This document shows positions 16,911 through 20,764 of a stretch of 20,764 nucleotides of DNA, piece by piece. Every line of letters begins with the position of its first letter. The stretch's first letter is position 1. Below the pieces are notes generated by a model, which was given only the letters and a program-made list of their open reading frames with translations, did no database searches and was not told the DNA's origin. The stretch is from Promethearchaeota archaeon (GTDB taxonomy: Archaea > Asgardarchaeota > Lokiarchaeia > Sigyniarchaeales > SOKP01). The DNA is taken from the NCBI GenBank assembly GCA_004524535.1, contig SDNY01000064.1:1-20764 (forward strand). Direction: 5' to 3'. Both the position numbers and the translations under genes were made by a program.

Positions 16911-18527
16911 TTAAAGGATTTTTTCTCTTAAAGTTTTTACATCTAAATTTTTTAACTTTTTGTAGAATCGAATGAAAAATAAATAACATCCGCAAGACCA
17001 AATAATCCAAGAAACAACCTGCCATCTATCTAGATTTAAGAGGTAATTGATAAAATTATCAGCTTTTCCTAAACCGAAAAAGTTCAAAACATCATGAAAG
17101 GGGTATTGAACCTCTATTCTTCTATGCTTATCATTCATCGCTACTACTTCATGGTCGTTTCTCCTCAAATTTTTAAAGATGTTATCCACTGATTTATCCT
17201 TAGGATTTTTCAATCGGAGTTTAATAAATGTGTCTAATTCTTTGTTTTTATGTTCATCGGTACCGGCAATGCATGTTAAATTGTGATCTAAGCAAAATTC
17301 TCTTATTTTTTTGTCTTTAGGATTTCCTCCATTTACGATTTCGAATCCATCTACACCCCAATCCATTAACTGTTCAAGAGTATAAGGAATACCTCTTCCA
17401 TCTTCCTTTGCATTTTTTTCCGCGTTATAGTGGTTTACAAAGATATAACCTCCTTCTCGTTTAACATGTTTTATAGTGTCTTCGGCGTTCATTGATTTGA
17501 ACGGGCATGTTGGTGCATCTGATTCTTTAGGAACAACTGTATGATCAAGACCGAAAATGTTCATGTGTATATCATTGTCATGATCAGTCCACTCTTCTGC
17601 AATAATAACGGTAAAATCTAAATCGTATTCTTTAACAAATTTTCTTGCTACCTTTGCACCTCTTTGATTATCATGATCCGAAAAGGCAGCTCCCGAAATC
17701 CCTTGTTCTATATACCACATAACTCTTTCTTCGGGTGTCAAATATCCATCAGAATATATTGTGTGCACATGAAAATCAAAAAGAAATTCATCATGATCGA
17801 GGTCAGTTTCGATCTCTTGAGTGGGCCACTTAAATGATACTAAAATCACGCTCAATCCAAGCATTAAAAAGATAAACCCGGCACAATATGCCAAATGCTT
17901 TTTGAATTCGTTAGCATTGTGGGTTTTTTTTTCTTTTTTCTTGAATTTTTCTGAATAATTAAATTTATATTCAGGATTCCGATATTTTGCCAGAATATAT
18001 CCTCCTTTAAGAGCAACCAGAGTCAATCCAATAGGGACGAAAATTTGTACTAAAAACATAAAATAGAGGTTAACAAAGTAGAAACCAATAAAAATATAAG
18101 CGAACAATAAAAACACCATACAACAGGCCACCCCTCCTCCAATTAAAATACCTGAAAATCTTAAAAAATCTCTGAGAGGGTAATTTAACAACTGGACTTT
18201 TTCCGAAGGCTCAAACCCTCGCTTCTTTTTAATATAAAAGTGGTATATAACCTGTATAATGATATAAGATATTATAAATCCAGAAATCCAATTAAAATCG
18301 ACTGAAAATACAAAAGCAATTCCTATAATTGGCTCAAAAAAATATCTTAAAAGCGGGATTCGAGAATCATATGTCGAGGAAACATTCTTTCCATCAATCA
18401 AGTCATAAAAAGTAACTTTACGCTGAGCAAATATAGCTAATATTATCAGACAGATAATCCAAACTAAAAAAACCCTCTGAACAAACTTTAAAAATTTAGA
18501 TTTGTTTTGATAGTTTGTATTTTTCAT
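16911..18527 (-). CDS. Multi-pass membrane protein with PHP (polymerase/histidinol phosphatase) domain
   Basis: About 5 N-terminal TM segments and one C-terminal TM; DFHVHT-x2-SDG, FSDH, AEEW, NH, GFEI, GTDEH. Confidence 0.85.
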   Translation of the reverse strand: MKNTNYQNKSKFLKFVQRVFLVWIICLIILAIFAQRKVTFYDLIDGKNVSSTYDSRIPLLRYFFEPIIGIAFVFSVDFNWISGFIISYIIIQVIYHFYIKKKRGFEPSEKVQLLNYPLRDFLRFSGILIGGGVACCMVFLLFAYIFIGFYFVNLYFMFLVQIFVPIGLTLVALKGGYILAKYRNPEYKFNYSEKFKKKEKKTHNANEFKKHLAYCAGFIFLMLGLSVILVSFKWPTQEIETDLDHDEFLFDFHVHTIYSDGYLTPEERVMWYIEQGISGAAFSDHDNQRGAKVARKFVKEYDLDFTVIIAEEWTDHDNDIHMNIFGLDHTVVPKESDAPTCPFKSMNAEDTIKHVKREGGYIFVNHYNAEKNAKEDGRGIPYTLEQLMDWGVDGFEIVNGGNPKDKKIREFCLDHNLTCIAGTDEHKNKELDTFIKLRLKNPKDKSVDNIFKNLRRNDHEVVAMNDKHRRIEVQYPFHDVLNFFGLGKADNFINYLLNLDRWQVVSWIIWSCGCYLFFIRFYKKLKNLDVKTLREKIL

Positions 18528-18566
18528 AATTATGATAATAATTAGTGCGTATTGATTAAAAAAAAT

Positions 18567-20015
18567 TCATTTCCTTTTAAAAAATAAAAATAGTGAATAA
18601 AAACCTTCAAGTAAAATCTTGAAATCTAATATTGTTTCAATTTTAGATAATTTTTTTAAGAAAAATTGAAACCTTAAATAAAATTTTTTATACATTAAAT
18701 TGTATAATTTTTTAATATCTTTCTCAGAGAGATTTTCTAATCTCATAATTTGTTTGGAAAAATCGTAATCATCCCAATTATATGTTAAAATCAAATTTTT
18801 TTCTTTTGCCCATTTAAACATTTCTGTTCCAGGATAAGGGGTTGTAATATTAACAATCAAAATATCAGGATTTAACTTATTCACAAAAACAATATTTCTA
18901 ATAATACTTTCTTTAGTATCCCCTGGATTACCTACCATAAATGCAAGCCGATTATCAATACCAGCTTGTTTTGTCCAATTAACTGCATTAATTACCTGTT
19001 TTATATTTATTTTCTTATTTACATTATTCAATACTTTTTTGTCGATAGTTTCAATTCCATACATAATTTGATGACAACCTGCATATTTCATCCATTTTAG
19101 CATTTTAGGTGTTACGTAATCAACTCGTGAAAAACAGCACCATGAAATTTTAAGTTGATTATTTATAATCAATTTGCAGAAGTCTATTACATTTTTTCTA
19201 ATAGATGTAAAATTATCATCATAAAATTGAAATTCTCTTATACCATAATTATCAATAAGATATTTAACTTCTTTAAAAATAGTCTTAGCAGATTTATAAA
19301 TTAATTTATTTCCAAGAGGTTTGGAACAAAATGTACATTTTCCTGGACAACCTCTTGAAGTAAGCATACTCATTGCTGGCAATTGTTTATAACTCCCCTT
19401 TGCTGGTTTATATTTATGAATTGGTAATAGATCAAAAGCAGGCATTGGCAAAATATCTAAATTTGTTATTCTCTCTCTTGGTTTATTATAAATAATTTTG
19501 TAATCCTTGTTTGAGTAATTTTTATAAACAATTCCATTAATATTTTCAATCTCTTCACCTCTTACAAGTTCCTCCAATGTAATCTCACCTTCTCCAATGA
19601 CTATTATATCAATATATTCTTTATTAATTACTTCTTCTGGCATGAATGTTGCGTGTACCCCTCCAAAAACTATTATGGCATTTGGATAGTATTCTTTACA
19701 AATTTCAGCAATTTTAAATGCCTTTTTAATTTCAACAGTCATGGCAGTAAAACCAATATATTTTATTAAACTATATTTTGAAACATACTCCTTTTCAAAA
19801 TATTTCCGAAAGGTTTGAACTGAAGGAGATTCTATTAAACAATCGAGGATTCTTACACTATGACCTTTCCATCGTAAATAACCTGCTATATCAGCAAGAC
19901 CTAAATGTGGAAAATTAGACTCAACTCCCCACCAGATATTTTTGCTTTTTCTATAAAATCTAGGTGGAGCAATTAACAAACAATCTAATACGTATTTATT
20001 ATCTGCTATTTTCAT
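18567..20015 (-). CDS. B12-binding domain radical SAM protein (class B methylase/BchE-like family)
   Basis: PHLGL, ILD, GGVHAT, GEGE, TSRGCPGKCTFC (CxxxCxxC), FYDDNF, GIET, FMVGNPG, PYPGT. Confidence 0.95.
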   Translation of the reverse strand: MKIADNKYVLDCLLIAPPRFYRKSKNIWWGVESNFPHLGLADIAGYLRWKGHSVRILDCLIESPSVQTFRKYFEKEYVSKYSLIKYIGFTAMTVEIKKAFKIAEICKEYYPNAIIVFGGVHATFMPEEVINKEYIDIIVIGEGEITLEELVRGEEIENINGIVYKNYSNKDYKIIYNKPRERITNLDILPMPAFDLLPIHKYKPAKGSYKQLPAMSMLTSRGCPGKCTFCSKPLGNKLIYKSAKTIFKEVKYLIDNYGIREFQFYDDNFTSIRKNVIDFCKLIINNQLKISWCCFSRVDYVTPKMLKWMKYAGCHQIMYGIETIDKKVLNNVNKKINIKQVINAVNWTKQAGIDNRLAFMVGNPGDTKESIIRNIVFVNKLNPDILIVNITTPYPGTEMFKWAKEKNLILTYNWDDYDFSKQIMRLENLSEKDIKKLYNLMYKKFYLRFQFFLKKLSKIETILDFKILLEGFYSLFLFFKRK

Positions 20016-20077
20016 TATGAGTGTTATTTAATAATTTTTAATAAATTTTCTTTTTATTTCGATTAAATCCATTTAAT

Positions 20078-20293
20078 TTATATTTTACTTTTATAAAATT
20101 TATTATAGAGTAGGATAATTGCTACAAACGCAACCCCCGTTGAAAAAAGAACATCAGATGCAAAATGTTCCCCTACTACAATTCTAAATATCCCAATAAA
20201 CAACCCCCAGCTAATAATAAGAATTGTAATAATTATTCTAATAGGATCTGAGACTTTACGATCCTTGACAACTATTAATAAAGGTAAGAACAT
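20078..20293 (-). pseudogene. C-terminal remnant of a PAP2-family membrane phosphatase
   Basis: RIVVGEHFASDV matches PAP2 motif 3 (R-x5-H-x3-D). Motifs 1 and 2 (PSGH) are absent and there is an in-frame stop at 20303-20305 just upstream. Confidence 0.75.
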
Positions 20294-20308
20294 GATATTA
20301 ATTTAAGT

Positions 20309-20620
20309 TTATTCAGGATCTAATAAATATTTGCTGAGGATTTCATGGCGATATTTTTTAAGTATTTTATCACTAGTTAATCCATGACAATTTGCGCATA
20401 AGGCTTTACATCTTTCTTTCTTTAAAATTTGCTTAATTTTTTCAATATTAGCCAAATCTCTTAAACGATACCATGTGTTTTTTTTAAGTTTAGGATTTAG
20501 ATGATGGAATTGAACTAAGGGAAGCTTATTCAATAGAGAAGTTCCACATGAAGAACATGCATCATTAAATAATGACAATGAAGTGAGAATTAGAACTCTG
20601 GCAATGGAGCGGGCGAATTC
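20309..20620 (-). pseudogene. HNH/McrA-like Zn-binding endonuclease domain, probably a 5'-truncated remnant
   Basis: CSSC...QFHH...C-x2-LCANCH. The frame stays open upstream of the track's TTG 20578 (EFARSIARVLILTSLSLFND) to a stop at 20636-20638. Confidence 0.65.
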
Positions 20621-20764
20621 GACGTTTGTCGGGCATTATCAAGAGCAGGAGAAAATGAAATTGAAGGTTTAATAATTACAATAGTTACCATTTCTTTAAT
20701 TGTAGGATTGACGGCTATTTTTATGCCGATTGGCTATAAATTATACAAGAAGAAAATTGAGAAA
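20618..20764 (+). pseudogene. C-terminal remnant of a membrane protein, possibly an ABC-2 type permease
   Basis: Frame reads FDVCRALSRAGENEIEGLIITIVTISLIVGLTAIFMPIGYKLYKKKIEK to the edge: D-x2-RAL, one TM helix and a basic tail. An in-frame stop lies at 20591-20593 with no ATG/GTG/TTG between it and the TM segment. Confidence 0.4.

Overview
Very AT-rich (about 27-30% GC by eye) archaeal-type chromosomal window. The gene content suggests an Asgard archaeon such as Lokiarchaeia/Promethearchaeia; this is an inference from the Rpn11/CSN5-like MPN paralogues, GGTGA ribosome-binding sites and protein style. From left to right: two paralogous MPN/JAMM genes in opposite orientations around a double-Zn-ribbon protein; a ChlD/BchD-like AAA+-vWA protein; a small membrane protein; an SDR; an ATP-grasp ligase; a stand-alone TnpB with a rearranged (Fanzor-like) RuvC-II and a 3' hairpin; a coiled-coil/PLD-like protein; a 570-bp gap between convergent genes with decayed coding potential and many complementary segments; DUF5714; a PHP histidinol phosphatase; an alpha/beta hydrolase with an Asp at the nucleophile elbow; an operon of three paralogous 2-TM + left-handed beta-helix proteins; an MBL hydrolase; a membrane PHP protein; a B12-radical SAM enzyme; and a mosaic of three 5'-truncated gene remnants (PAP2, HNH, probable ABC-2 permease). 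The best candidate for an undescribed system is the three-gene operon, which looks like a split version of the C1-C2-C3 module of epsilon-poly-lysine-synthetase-type NRPS terminal domains. The MPN-pair/Zn-ribbon/AAA-vWA locus is the runner-up. All family calls come from motif recognition by eye; no database searches were run.
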